From the NCBI GenBank assembly GCA_002500605.1, contig DLRR01000012.1:137265-201264 (forward strand): a stretch of 64,000 nucleotides of DNA, written 5' to 3'. The position numbers were made by a program, and so were the translations under genes. Position 1 is the stretch's first letter; each line of letters opens with the position of its first letter. The DNA is from Nitrospinaceae bacterium UBA7883 (lineage in GTDB: Bacteria > Nitrospinota_A > UBA7883). Positions 30,022 to 40,068 of this stretch are shown in pieces. The notes beneath the pieces are model-generated. The model saw only the letters and a program-made list of their open reading frames with translations. It was not told the DNA's origin and did no database searches.

Positions 30022-30729
30022 TTATTCAACTTGACTGTGTTCTATACCATTTTGTAATTCACTTTTCAGGAATGAGTATCGTACTCTTATGGAAAAAATC
30101 AGTATAAAAATAACGAGGATTGCGGCAAAACTGACTTTTAAAGCAGTCAGCATCTCTGGATGTATCCCTGTGGAATCGCGATCTATGTCGATGACGGGAT
30201 GAATTCCCCTTGACCACAGTTTAACCGACCAATGAACTAATGGAACATCAACGAACCCTATAATGCCAATTACCGCTGAGTACTTTGCTCTTAGGACCTC
30301 GTTGTTTGGCTGTGAACGGAGGATAAAGTAGCTAAGAAAGATAAGCCACAATATGAATGATGTTGTAAGCCTAGGGTCCCAAGTCCAGTATGTACCCCAT
30401 ACCGGTTTACCCCAAAGCATGCCTGATATAAGCATTAGCGTGGCCAAAATAACACCTATCTCCGCTCCAGAAGCTGCTACCCCGTCCCATTTTAGGTTAC
30501 CTTTCCAGAGAAACATACATGAAGCGACAAAGCAAATAAACAAGCTAAGGTAACAGGTAATAGCTATCGGCACATGGTAATAAAAGATTTTCTGTGGAAA
30601 ACCCATTACTTTTTCAAGTGGTGCCACCATAAATATAAGATAAATTGATGCTGTTACTAAGATGATGGCAATGGCCGTCATGACTAGTGTTATGGTTGAT
30701 AGATATTTTTCAATAAATCGCATTAGCAT
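30022..30729 (-). CDS. ccmC: Heme exporter protein C (cytochrome c maturation System I)
   Basis: 235 aa polytopic membrane protein carrying the WWD motif WGTYWTWDPRL. Confidence 0.85.
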   Translation of the reverse strand: MLMRFIEKYLSTITLVMTAIAIILVTASIYLIFMVAPLEKVMGFPQKIFYYHVPIAITCYLSLFICFVASCMFLWKGNLKWDGVAASGAEIGVILATLMLISGMLWGKPVWGTYWTWDPRLTTSFILWLIFLSYFILRSQPNNEVLRAKYSAVIGIIGFVDVPLVHWSVKLWSRGIHPVIDIDRDSTGIHPEMLTALKVSFAAILVIFILIFSIRVRYSFLKSELQNGIEHSQVE

Positions 30730-30831
30730 TCCTTGACGTCATGTCAGCTACAACAAGTATAGCGGGCCAGGGCTTAAAGAAAAACAGGTAGTTCCTTTAT
30801 TCGCCCTGCGACTGAGATACGTTGCCAATAG

Positions 30832-30966
30832 TCACTCGCATTGATGACCGTTACTCTTTGATTGAAAAATCTTCTGTTCGAGTTTAGATATTTTGTGATT
30901 AATAAGAACAATATAACCAAAGAATACGGCCCAGATAATAACGTAAGCTGCAATAGCATAGTTCAT
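30832..30966 (-). CDS. Small single-TM protein, CcmD-like (missed by the ORF track)
   Basis: Hand translation of the minus strand gives 44 aa: MNYAIAAYVIIWAVFFGYIVLINHKISKLEQKIFQSKSNGHQCE. One aromatic-rich TM helix and a basic tail fit CcmD topology. The gene order is unusual, since the ORF sits between ccmB and ccmC rather than after ccmC. Confidence 0.4.
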   Translation of the reverse strand: MNYAIAAYVIIWAVFFGYIVLINHKISKLEQKIFQSKSNGHQCE

Positions 30967-31022
30967 TACACACCCCTCTTCGGGTTTACCATGATCGATT
31001 TGTCAAAGTGATCAACCGTACT

Positions 31023-31700
31023 TTACTCTTCAACCAACTTTTCAAAAACAAGCAAAGATACTACTAAATATATAATATCAAAGGCAATTAGAATCTTAAG
31101 CCAAGCATAAAGTCCTTCCATACTTTCCCCGTTAATCAATCCATCGGAAAATGATACGGCAGCGATCACAACTGGCACCACAACAGGAAACATTAGCAAA
31201 GGCCCCAGTATTTCCTTAGCACGAAGGTTTACCGAAATAGCCGCTATTAGTGTTCCAACAATAATAAACCCAGTAGTCCCAAAAAGTAACGAGGCCAATT
31301 GCCAGAAAAAACGTTCCATCACATTTACATTGAACAAAAATATAAAGATGGTAATTATCATTAGCTCAGCGAGCATCATCAATATCAAATTTACAATCAT
31401 TTTGCCCACATAAATACTCGAGCGATCCAATGGTGCTAACATAAGTGCAGAAAGACAATCGTTCTCTTTTTCATGAAGAAATGATTGGTTCATTGTTAAG
31501 GAACCCGCAAAAAAGAATGCAATCCACAGCAATCCAGCAGCAGATTTCTTTATCTCCAAAGCCGACATGTCGAAAGCAAAATTAAAGACAACCAATACTA
31601 AAAGTGCAAAAAAACAATTAGTTGTCACTATCTCCTTACCTTGGAGTTCCAAGACAAGATCCTTTTTTACTATAGTGAATACACTTGACCAAAAGCCCAT
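31023..31700 (-). CDS. ccmB: Heme exporter protein B
   Basis: 225 aa, six-TM CcmB-like protein immediately downstream of ccmA. Confidence 0.8.
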   Translation of the reverse strand: MGFWSSVFTIVKKDLVLELQGKEIVTTNCFFALLVLVVFNFAFDMSALEIKKSAAGLLWIAFFFAGSLTMNQSFLHEKENDCLSALMLAPLDRSSIYVGKMIVNLILMMLAELMIITIFIFLFNVNVMERFFWQLASLLFGTTGFIIVGTLIAAISVNLRAKEILGPLLMFPVVVPVVIAAVSFSDGLINGESMEGLYAWLKILIAFDIIYLVVSLLVFEKLVEE

Positions 31701-31702
31701 GA

Positions 31703-32431
31703 CTAGTAATGCTCCCTGTCCACAATTTGCTGATAAAGCTCGTTAAAAGTGTCATAGTTAAAATCTTTAGTGGACATATCCAAGTGTATTCTACCTGAAA
31801 CCTGTAGAGCAACACGAGATCCCATACCTATGCCAATCTTCAAATTATGAGTTATCATAACTATAGTTCGATTTTCATTTTGCATCTTTAAAAGTTGGTT
31901 TTTCAGCATTTCTGCTGCATGTTGGTCTAAACCTGTATAAGGCTCGTCAAGGTAGATTATGTCTGGATTTTGTACTAGTGCTCTTGCAATCGAAAGCCGC
32001 TGCAACATACCACGGCTAAAAATACGTACGGGTTCATCTTTCCTGCTCTCCAGTCCAACATCACGTAGAAGTTCCATGGCCCTCTCTTTAGGTGGTGTGA
32101 TGCCGTACAGTTCAGCAAAAAACACTAGGTTTTGTAATGCTGATAGCTGGCCATACACAAAGCTTTGATGAGATATAAAACCAATGTTCCTACGAAGTTC
32201 GTCATAGTCATTTTCAAATTCAAGGCCGTTTATCAGAACCTTTCCGGAAGTAGCTTTGATAAGACCTGCCATAATTTTGAGTAGTGTAGTTTTACCAGCT
32301 CCGTTTGGGCCGAAGATGGTAAGAAACTCCCCACGATACAATGATAAATCAACTGTATCTACAGCTGAAAAGGAACCAAACTTTTTGGAAACAGCATCAA
32401 GCTGTATAACCGGAAAGTTATTCTTATTCAT
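31703..32431 (-). CDS. ccmA: Heme exporter ATP-binding protein CcmA (ABC ATPase)
   Basis: 242 aa with Walker A GPNGAGKTT, ABC signature and Walker B (IIYLDEP). Confidence 0.8.
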   Translation of the reverse strand: MNKNNFPVIQLDAVSKKFGSFSAVDTVDLSLYRGEFLTIFGPNGAGKTTLLKIMAGLIKATSGKVLINGLEFENDYDELRRNIGFISHQSFVYGQLSALQNLVFFAELYGITPPKERAMELLRDVGLESRKDEPVRIFSRGMLQRLSIARALVQNPDIIYLDEPYTGLDQHAAEMLKNQLLKMQNENRTIVMITHNLKIGIGMGSRVALQVSGRIHLDMSTKDFNYDTFNELYQQIVDREHY

Positions 32432-32678
32432 GATGATAGAAGTATAGTGTTGGGTTTATCTCTAGTTTAACTGTGTTTTGTTATCTCTTCTTATTGCGTC
32501 AAAATAATATCAAATGTGTCGATCAAGGGTAAAATATCCGATAATTATATACCAGCAAGATCCCAACAAGATAGGTTTGGATAAAACACTGGTAAATCTC
32601 GGTTAGACACGGTTCATTGATATTGCTATACTTTTGAACTCTTTGCAGTCAAATAATTTCATCTGGGATCTAAATTAA

Positions 32679-34016
32679 ATGCTTGAAGGATTAAGCCAAA
32701 GGTTTGAAGGCGTTGTAAAGCGCCTGCAAGGACTCCATAAGCTAACAGAAGAAAACGTGTCCGATGCGATGCGAGAGGTACGCATCGCATTGCTGGAAGC
32801 AGATGTAAACATATCCGTGGTAAAGGATTTTATCGCTAATGTAAAATCTCTGGCTCTAGGTATGGAAACAATTCCTGGTGTGCAACCTGGACAACAAATT
32901 GTCAAAATAGTACATGAAAATCTTATCCAAGTTTTAGGCGGCGACACTGCAAATTTAAATCTGACGGGCCGCGGATCAACAGTAATTCTCATGACCGGCC
33001 TACAGGGCTCTGGAAAAACTACAACTACTGCTAAGCTTGCTGCGATGCTAAAAAAACAAGGGTACAGACCACTGATGGTATCAGCTGACGTCTACCGTCC
33101 CGCAGCCATAGAGCAACTCGGAGTATTAGGCGAACAAATTGATGTGCCTACAATTAAAACCACAACAGATATGAACCCAGAGGAAATAGGAAGAGCCGCG
33201 CTTGAAGAAATGACCCAGTTAAACGCTAACGTACTGTTGGTGGATACGGCAGGTCGTTTGGCAATTGATGAACAAATGATGAATGAGTTAAGCAAATTGA
33301 AGGACATCCTCCAACCAAAAGAAATACTTTTTGTAGCTGACTCTATGACAGGCCAAGATGCAGTAAATACAGCTAGAGCATTTAACGAACAGATTGGCAT
33401 GACCGGTGTAATACTAACAAAGATGGATGGTGATATTAGAGGTGGTGCGGCCCTATCAATCAAGAAAGTTACCGGTACGCCAATTAAATTCATCGGTGTT
33501 GGCGAAAAAACCAGTCAGTTTGAGCAGTTTCACCCGGATAGAATCGCAGGGCGTATTCTTGGTATGGGCGATGTTCTCTCCCTTGTAGAAAAAGCCCAAG
33601 AAAATTTAAGCCAAAAGGACGCTGAGAAACAGGCCAATAAAGTGCTGACAGCAACCTTCAATCTAAGTGATTTCCTTCAGCAGCTTAAAATGGTTAGAGA
33701 TATGGGACCTTTGGATCAGCTGATGAAGATGATTCCTGGGCTAGGAGGGGCTCTAAAGGATGCAGAACTAGACGAGTATGAACTTATACGTACTGAGGCA
33801 ATTATTAATTCAATGACAATGAAAGAGCGTGGCCAGCCAGGAATAATTAACAGCTCACGTAAGCGCAGAATTTCCAGAGGTAGTGGAGTTGAAGTGCAAG
33901 ATGTAAACAAACTCCTAAAGAACTTCCAAAAATCAAAAAAAATGATGAAAAACCTGACCAAAATGAAAAAAAATAAGGGTAAAATGGATTTTCCATTTGC
34001 TGGGATGGAAAATTAG
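32679..34016 (+). CDS. ffh: Signal recognition particle protein Ffh
   Basis: 445 aa. N domain, G domain (GLQGSGKTTT, DTAGR, TKMDGD) and Met-rich M domain with basic tail. Confidence 0.9.
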   Translation: MLEGLSQRFEGVVKRLQGLHKLTEENVSDAMREVRIALLEADVNISVVKDFIANVKSLALGMETIPGVQPGQQIVKIVHENLIQVLGGDTANLNLTGRGSTVILMTGLQGSGKTTTTAKLAAMLKKQGYRPLMVSADVYRPAAIEQLGVLGEQIDVPTIKTTTDMNPEEIGRAALEEMTQLNANVLLVDTAGRLAIDEQMMNELSKLKDILQPKEILFVADSMTGQDAVNTARAFNEQIGMTGVILTKMDGDIRGGAALSIKKVTGTPIKFIGVGEKTSQFEQFHPDRIAGRILGMGDVLSLVEKAQENLSQKDAEKQANKVLTATFNLSDFLQQLKMVRDMGPLDQLMKMIPGLGGALKDAELDEYELIRTEAIINSMTMKERGQPGIINSSRKRRISRGSGVEVQDVNKLLKNFQKSKKMMKNLTKMKKNKGKMDFPFAGMEN

Positions 34017-34063
34017 TATTTATATTGCTAGTGCAGTTAATTAATTTATTAGGAGAACTCTAA

Positions 34064-34300
34064 GTGTCAGTTATATTACGACTAACGCGTCGTGGGGCAA
34101 AAAAGAAACCATTTTATAGGATTGTTGCTACTGATTCTCGCAAAGCTCGAGACGGTAAGTTTTTGGAAACATTAGGACGCTATAATCCCCATTTATCAGA
34201 AAACCAAGTGAGTTACAAGAAAGAACGAGTTGATTATTGGCTTAGCGAGGGGGCAACGGTATCTGACACCGTAAAAAGTATCCTTAAAAAAGGCCTGTGA
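34064..34300 (+). CDS. rpsP: 30S ribosomal protein S16
   Basis: 78 aa; MSVILRLTRRGAKKKPFYRIVATDSRKARDG is canonical S16. Confidence 0.9.
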   Translation: MSVILRLTRRGAKKKPFYRIVATDSRKARDGKFLETLGRYNPHLSENQVSYKKERVDYWLSEGATVSDTVKSILKKGL

Positions 34301-34331
34301 TCATGGTATTTTTTGTTAAAGGAGACTATTC

Positions 34332-34562
34332 ATGAAATCACTCTTAAATCATATGGTGATAGAGTTGGTTGATTTTCCAGAACAAATTAGTATAGAAGAA
34401 ATGTCGGGAGATAAGGTAACAACGCTTGAGTTAAAGGTAGCTCAAGACGATTTAGGGAAAGTGATTGGAAGGCGGGGCAGAACGGCCATGGCAATGCGAA
34501 TAATACTTTCCGCAGCTGCCGCCAAACAAAGGAAAAGGGCTGTGCTAGAAATAATGGACTAA
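34332..34562 (+). CDS. KH-domain RNA-binding protein (YlqC/UPF0109-like)
   Basis: 76 aa with the KH GxxG loop VIGRRGRTAMAMR, in its conserved position between rpsP and rimM. Confidence 0.75.
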   Translation: MKSLLNHMVIELVDFPEQISIEEMSGDKVTTLELKVAQDDLGKVIGRRGRTAMAMRIILSAAAAKQRKRAVLEIMD

Positions 34563-34689
34563 AGTTTATGACGGTCTCTTCAGTCGTAGCTTCCACCAGC
34601 CACAAACACTGGTTTTCATGCATATTTTATAATAATTCTGATAATCCCGCCGTGTTTTAATAGACTTAAATTTTATCCAAGGATGCGTC

Positions 34690-35208
34690 ATGAAAATTAT
34701 AAAAATCGCCATAGCCAGGATACACCGAAATCATGGAGTTTCTGGCGAAATTAGGGTTAAGCCATTCTTTGGCGAGGCTTTAATGAAAAATTTAGTTGGT
34801 AGCGAAGTTGAGTTATCATCTGATAGAACTGGTGAATCATTCTATCTACTGCTCGATTCTATCCGTCAAGGAGGTAGGACACTCCTAGCTAAATTTGTTG
34901 GAATCGACTCGCCGGAAGAAGCTCACAAACTGATTGATATGGTTATCATCGCTCCCCGGAATCAATTGCCAAACCTTCCCGAAGGTCAGTATTACCTTGA
35001 GGAAATTATAGGACTTGATGTAATTAGAACCAACGGGAAAAGAATTGGGTCGTTAAAGGGGTTTTTCTCCGCTGGAGAAAAAGATGTGTGGGAAATTGTT
35101 ACTGATGAAGGGGACGAGCTATTATTTCCTTGCATCCCTGAAGTTCTAAAAAGTGTTGATCTAGAAAAAAGACTAATTATAGTTGAACCAATGGAGATGG
35201 ATGAATGA
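34690..35208 (+). CDS. rimM: Ribosome maturation factor RimM
   Basis: 172 aa with an N-terminal RimM beta-barrel plus a PRC barrel; 4-nt overlap with trmD. Confidence 0.85.
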   Translation: MKIIKIAIARIHRNHGVSGEIRVKPFFGEALMKNLVGSEVELSSDRTGESFYLLLDSIRQGGRTLLAKFVGIDSPEEAHKLIDMVIIAPRNQLPNLPEGQYYLEEIIGLDVIRTNGKRIGSLKGFFSAGEKDVWEIVTDEGDELLFPCIPEVLKSVDLEKRLIIVEPMEMDE

Positions 35209-35936
35209 GGTTTGATGTTATAACTACATTCCCTCAGATGTTTAAGGGCCCGATGGATGAGTCTATTTTAAAAAGGGCCAAAAATACTGGAAAGATACAA
35301 ATATACATCCACGATCTACGTGATTGGACTAACGACAAGCATAGAATTACCGATGATTACCCTTACGGAGGCGGACCTGGAATGGTGATGAAGGTTGAAC
35401 CAGTAGCCAAAGCTGTCGAGCAATTGAAGAGGGAAACCACAGGTTCCAAGGTTGCTCTTATGACGCCACAAGGAAATCCATTTAACCATACTGTGGCTTT
35501 GGAACTTATGAACCTTTCGGGAATGATTATTATTTGTGGTCGGTATGAAGGTGTGGATGAGCGTATTCGGCAAAACTATTGTGATATGGAAATCTCAATT
35601 GGTGATTTTGTTTTGACTGGCGGAGAAATACCGGCTATGGCGATTATTGATGCTCTTACACGACTAAAACCAGGGGTATTAGGGTCAGATAAATCGACAA
35701 GTGAGGAGTCACATAGTTGTGGGCTTCTAGAATATCCACAATACACTAGACCCGCAGATTATGATGGGCTAACCGTACCAGATGTTCTGCTATCTGGCAA
35801 CCATGCTGAAATCACGGCATGGCGCAGAAGTCAATCAATCGAAAGAACAGCAATACGACGCCCCGATTTATTAAAAAAATCAAACCTCAGCAATGAGGAA
35901 TTAGATAGAATCATTAATAAATACGATAAACCTTAG
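35205..35936 (+). CDS. trmD: tRNA (guanine37-N1)-methyltransferase
   Basis: 243 aa SPOUT/trefoil-knot protein with TrmD motifs ([19 protein letters not shown]). Confidence 0.9.
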   Translation: MRFDVITTFPQMFKGPMDESILKRAKNTGKIQIYIHDLRDWTNDKHRITDDYPYGGGPGMVMKVEPVAKAVEQLKRETTGSKVALMTPQGNPFNHTVALELMNLSGMIIICGRYEGVDERIRQNYCDMEISIGDFVLTGGEIPAMAIIDALTRLKPGVLGSDKSTSEESHSCGLLEYPQYTRPADYDGLTVPDVLLSGNHAEITAWRRSQSIERTAIRRPDLLKKSNLSNEELDRIINKYDKP

Positions 35937-36036
35937 TAATGACAGTGATCAATGGTAGAACCGCTGTTAGTTTATTCCAACCAGTTTAGACTGATTACTC
36001 TTTTTTAAATAAATTGAACTGTTATTATCTTTTGGT

Positions 36037-36060
36037 TATCTAGATAATAATTAGATCTAA
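36037..36060. promoter_or_regulatory. Two adjacent perfect 10-bp palindromes (TATCTAGATA ataa TTAGATCTAA) 30-55 bp upstream of the SPOUT methyltransferase gene; candidate operator
   Basis: Read directly from the sequence; each 10-mer equals its own reverse complement. Confidence 0.3.
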
Positions 36061-36091
36061 AAATATTTGCCTAATTAAAAAATACAAAGAG

Positions 36092-36679
36092 ATGTCCAAA
36101 AAAGAAGATTCCTACCCAGCAACAACTGGTCGGCCAGAACTAGCTATAGGCCTTGTTCATAACCCGGTTGTTAACAAATACGGAGAAACTGTTACCAGCT
36201 CTATTACTACCATTGATGTCCACGACATGGCTAGAATGTGCAAAACATTTGATATTTCGGCCCTTTATGTTGTAACACCACTAAAGTCTCACCAGCGGCT
36301 TGTAGAAAGAGTAGCTAAACACTGGACCAGCGGCTTTGGTGCAGAGTACAATCCTAGTAGAAAAAAAGCACTCGGTCTGGTAAAAGTTGTTGACAGTATT
36401 GATGATATGCTTAATAATTTCTCTTCCGAAGGTCGTGCTTACCTGCTAATAGCTACAAGCGGAAGGGGTGGAGACAAGGTGTTTTCATTCCCCGAAGTGA
36501 GAAATGCTATTTGGGAAACTGGTAGAGCGGTACTTTTATTTGGCACAGCTCATGGACTTGCAGGTTCAGTGATAGGCAGAGCAAATATGTTGCTGGAACC
36601 TATACGTGGGGTAAGTGATTATAATCACCTACCAGTAAGAGCAGCAGTAGCAATAATTTTGGATCGTTTGCTGAGCTGA
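36092..36679 (+). CDS. SPOUT (SpoU/TrmH/TrmL-like) RNA 2'-O-methyltransferase
   Basis: 195 aa. C-terminal motifs VLLFGTAHGLAGSVIG and LLEPIRGVSDYNHLPVRAAVAIILDRL resemble SpoU motifs 2 and 3. Inserted between trmD and rplS. Confidence 0.5.
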   Translation: MSKKEDSYPATTGRPELAIGLVHNPVVNKYGETVTSSITTIDVHDMARMCKTFDISALYVVTPLKSHQRLVERVAKHWTSGFGAEYNPSRKKALGLVKVVDSIDDMLNNFSSEGRAYLLIATSGRGGDKVFSFPEVRNAIWETGRAVLLFGTAHGLAGSVIGRANMLLEPIRGVSDYNHLPVRAAVAIILDRLLS

Positions 36680-36777
36680 ATACCACCATGTGGTTATTAT
36701 CTAGGTCGGTTTGAATTTGCCAGCAACCTAGAAACAAAAATAATTTTGTATTATCATAATTAAGGTTTGAATGAAAA

Positions 36778-37125
36778 ATGTCTGAGACTGCTATTGAATA
36801 TGTTGAAAGCAAGTATTTGAAAAAGTCTGTCCCACAGTTTCGCATCGGAGATACAGTTAAGGTCCATATGCGTGTTGTTGAAGGAGAGAAGGAGCGTATC
36901 CAAATAGTTGAGGGTGTGGTAATCTCCAGGAAACACAACGACTTAAGAGAGACATTTACTGTACGGAAAACATCATCCGGTATAGGAGTAGAACGGACTT
37001 TCCCTTTACATTCACCTAGGGTAGAAAAGGTGGAAGTTATGCGCAGCGGTAAAGTTCGGCGTGCAAAGCTATATTTTCTAAGAAAGAGAAAGGGTAAAGC
37101 AGCTAGACTAGTTGAGCGCCGCTAA
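36778..37125 (+). CDS. rplS: 50S ribosomal protein L19
   Basis: 115 aa; [22 protein letters not shown] is canonical L19. Confidence 0.9.
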   Translation: MSETAIEYVESKYLKKSVPQFRIGDTVKVHMRVVEGEKERIQIVEGVVISRKHNDLRETFTVRKTSSGIGVERTFPLHSPRVEKVEVMRSGKVRRAKLYFLRKRKGKAARLVERR

Positions 37126-37238
37126 TTACCCATACATGTTTACACTATTGGGTTGATGAGTATACACTGATCAAAAAATCAGGCAGGACTATTGTATTTC
37201 ATGTCTAGCTGCCCAAAACTTTATGAAATCTCGGACCC

Positions 37239-39413
37239 ATGACCACTACTGTCGCCAAAAACAAAACCAAACTTTTGGGGAAATTACGAAAATATAGCAT
37301 CTACTCTGTTATCCTATCATTCTTACTTCTTATCGCTGTAATCCTGTATATCAGTCCAAAGCTAATAGAAACAAAAAATTTTAAAGAGCTAGTTGAAAAA
37401 AGCGTTTCTGCCAGTTTGGGCCTTGCAGTTAAGGCTGAAGTAATTAGTTTTTCTATTATTACGGGTCCTCAAGTTGCTCTTACAAATGTTGTTGTTAGTA
37501 GAAAAAAAAGCACCGTATTCACAGCAAAAAAAATGTATGCAAAAGCTAGTTTTGTTGATTTATTGTTCGGCTCAATAAAAATTAAAAAACTCTTGCTTGA
37601 TTACCCACAGATTAGCTTGATAAAAGGGGAAGATGGATTAATCAGATTACCTCTTTTAGGACAAGAAAATCAAAATGCTACTGACATAACTGCTCTGGCT
37701 ACAGCAGCTATTGCCTCTCTAGATTTTGTTTCAATGAGAGGTGGGTCAATCAACTGGATAGATCGCAGTGTACAAGAAGAGCCTATCTCATTAAAACTAA
37801 GTAACTGTACGCTGAAATTCAACAGGGATAAGGACTCGGAGAACTTAACAACAACAATCTCTGGCGTGATTGATGTTGGAGCAAATCGTGCTGACTTTAA
37901 AGGTAATATGATAATAGCCCTTGAAGAAATAACAGTTCCTAGCCTTACATTACAGTTTGGTCAATCTTATTTTCAACTGAGCGGAAAGTTAAAGAATTAT
38001 TTAACTGGAAAGCCCGAGGTTGATGCCAAGCTTTCATCCAATGTCAACATGAGTGACCTTGTTTCTTATACTACTTTCTTTGATGATGTTGAAGAAGAAG
38101 GGTTTTTAACAAGCACTGTTTGGGCAAAGCAAAACAGTAAAAGTAAGGAATTTAGAGTAAACGGATCGATCCTGTTTCATGATACTACTTTCAAACTGCC
38201 GATATTCCATGGGATCTTTGAAAAGTGTAATGGCAGTTTTGAATTTGAAGACAATAGAATATCTATTAAGAATGGTAAAGGTAAATTTGGTGGATCACCA
38301 TTCAACCTTACTGGAGAAGTGTTATTGGGCAAACAAAATAAATACACACTAAATGTTATGTCCGAAAACCTGGCTTTAAAGGATATTTTCGGCCCACCAC
38401 CAGCTATTGACAAATTAGTTGTTGACGTGAGAAAAAATTTAACTGGTCAAATACTTCAAGCAAAGGAAAAGAAAAGTGCCCTCGCTACATCCGTAGAAAA
38501 TGGTAATGAAAATGGTGATTTGATCTCCCATAATGGCAACAGCATTATGGGTGGGGACTGGAACATCGAAATCAGTTCGAAACAAGGTAGCTTTGGTCGG
38601 CTAAAATACCAAGATCTTGACAGCAGAATTTTATATAAAAAAAATAGATACCATATCGAGCCATTCACTTTCAATGCTTTGGGCGGAAGATGGTCATGGA
38701 TTGCTAATATAGAAAAAATACCGAAATCAAGTAGAATTGAATCATCTATTGAAATTTCCGAGATGAACTTGAGCAAATATTTCGAGGAAATAACACTATC
38801 AAAACCTGTTGTTACTGGAACATTGGATTTAATCGGAAATGTATCTGGCAATGGGCTCAGATGGAATGAGATAAAAAAAACTCTAGACGGACATATCGAG
38901 GCCCGAACTGGAAAAGGAGTTTTCCACAGGTTTCCAGTTCTATCAAAGATTTTTGCTTTACTAAACATATCACAATATTTTAAACTTAGAACTCCAGATC
39001 TAAGTGCTGACGGGATGCCATTTGATAGTGTGACTGCCACGATATCGATTCTTAAAGGTCTTGCCAGCACCGAGAATCTTGATGTTCGTTCCGAGGCAAT
39101 GCGCATTTCAGGTGTTGGGGATTACCATGTTGCTAGCAGTCTGGTAGACATGAAAATTGGCATAATGCCATTTATCACTATAGACAGGGTCATAAGTTCT
39201 GTGCCCGTTGTTGGAGAAGTGCTAACTGGGGAAAATAAAAGCCTTATTACCAGTTATTACTTGGTTAAAGGGGCAGCAAAAAACCCAGAGGTGACGGCTA
39301 TACCGGTGGAGTCGATTGGCATTGGCATTTTTAGTATAATTCAGAGAATTTTGGAATTGCCTGTCACTATAATTGACAAAGCAATAGATAGGATAAAGCA
39401 AAATGGTAATTGA
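37239..39413 (+). CDS. AsmA-family outer-membrane biogenesis protein
   Basis: 724 aa with an N-terminal TM anchor (IYSVILSFLLLIAVILYI) and a long beta-rich periplasmic region of AsmA/TamB-like character. Confidence 0.6.
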   Translation: MTTTVAKNKTKLLGKLRKYSIYSVILSFLLLIAVILYISPKLIETKNFKELVEKSVSASLGLAVKAEVISFSIITGPQVALTNVVVSRKKSTVFTAKKMYAKASFVDLLFGSIKIKKLLLDYPQISLIKGEDGLIRLPLLGQENQNATDITALATAAIASLDFVSMRGGSINWIDRSVQEEPISLKLSNCTLKFNRDKDSENLTTTISGVIDVGANRADFKGNMIIALEEITVPSLTLQFGQSYFQLSGKLKNYLTGKPEVDAKLSSNVNMSDLVSYTTFFDDVEEEGFLTSTVWAKQNSKSKEFRVNGSILFHDTTFKLPIFHGIFEKCNGSFEFEDNRISIKNGKGKFGGSPFNLTGEVLLGKQNKYTLNVMSENLALKDIFGPPPAIDKLVVDVRKNLTGQILQAKEKKSALATSVENGNENGDLISHNGNSIMGGDWNIEISSKQGSFGRLKYQDLDSRILYKKNRYHIEPFTFNALGGRWSWIANIEKIPKSSRIESSIEISEMNLSKYFEEITLSKPVVTGTLDLIGNVSGNGLRWNEIKKTLDGHIEARTGKGVFHRFPVLSKIFALLNISQYFKLRTPDLSADGMPFDSVTATISILKGLASTENLDVRSEAMRISGVGDYHVASSLVDMKIGIMPFITIDRVISSVPVVGEVLTGENKSLITSYYLVKGAAKNPEVTAIPVESIGIGIFSIIQRILELPVTIIDKAIDRIKQNGN

Positions 39414-40068
39414 GATTAAAAACCCTGACAATGGTAGTTTACTTAAAAAAGACGAACTTATGGAGTTCTATCATAACCACTCCAATCTATACGACCTGCT
39501 CTTCAAACCGTTCTTTCAGCCACGGCAAAAAAAGGCGATTGGATATCACGATTTTATGCCAGGTGAAAGGATTCTTGATGTCGGCGTGGGTACAGGGTTA
39601 TCTTTAGATCTTTATCCCAGTTTCTGCGAAGTTATTGGAATTGACCTCTCCAAAAGCATGTTACGTCTAGCGGAAAGAAAAGTTGAAAAACTTGGACTCA
39701 CAAACGTTACACTTTATGAGATGGATGCATGCAACCTCAAGTTTGATGAAAATTCATTCGATTATGTCGTAGCAACACATATAGTAAACGTAGTACATGA
39801 ACCAGCCAGAGTGATTGACGAAATGAGACGAGTGGCCAAACCAAGTGGTAGTCTGGTAATAGTAAATCACTTTGTTTCATCCAATCCCATTATGGCCAAA
39901 GTGGAAAATTTGCTTGAACCAGTGTTCCAAAAAGTAGGATGGCGTGTAAACCATACTTATGAAGATTTTATCCACTTGACCAACCTCTCAGTCATGCATA
40001 TAGATAAACTAAACAAAATTGATCTGTGGAAAATTATTCACGCTAGTAACAACAAGGGCCATTGCTGA
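39403..40068 (+). CDS. Class I SAM-dependent methyltransferase
   Basis: 221 aa with SAM motif I ILDVGVGTGL; 11-nt overlap with the AsmA gene. Confidence 0.75.
   Translation: MVIEIKNPDNGSLLKKDELMEFYHNHSNLYDLLFKPFFQPRQKKAIGYHDFMPGERILDVGVGTGLSLDLYPSFCEVIGIDLSKSMLRLAERKVEKLGLTNVTLYEMDACNLKFDENSFDYVVATHIVNVVHEPARVIDEMRRVAKPSGSLVIVNHFVSSNPIMAKVENLLEPVFQKVGWRVNHTYEDFIHLTNLSVMHIDKLNKIDLWKIIHASNNKGHC

Noticed and set aside
30774-30959. 61-aa ORF from the track between ccmB and ccmC
   Set aside because: It is a different frame overlapping the 44-aa CcmD-like ORF I prefer (30832..30966). Its translation has no clean TM helix plus basic-tail organisation, so it is probably spurious.
38456-39106. 216-aa minus-strand ORF inside the AsmA-family gene, and similar antisense ORFs (21123..21590, 48055..48474, 48774..49223, 33092..33493, 59894..60277 and others)
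   Set aside because: They lie entirely inside strongly supported genes on the opposite strand. Their translations are low-complexity, Ser/Leu/Cys-rich, and carry no recognisable motifs. These are typical shadow ORFs.
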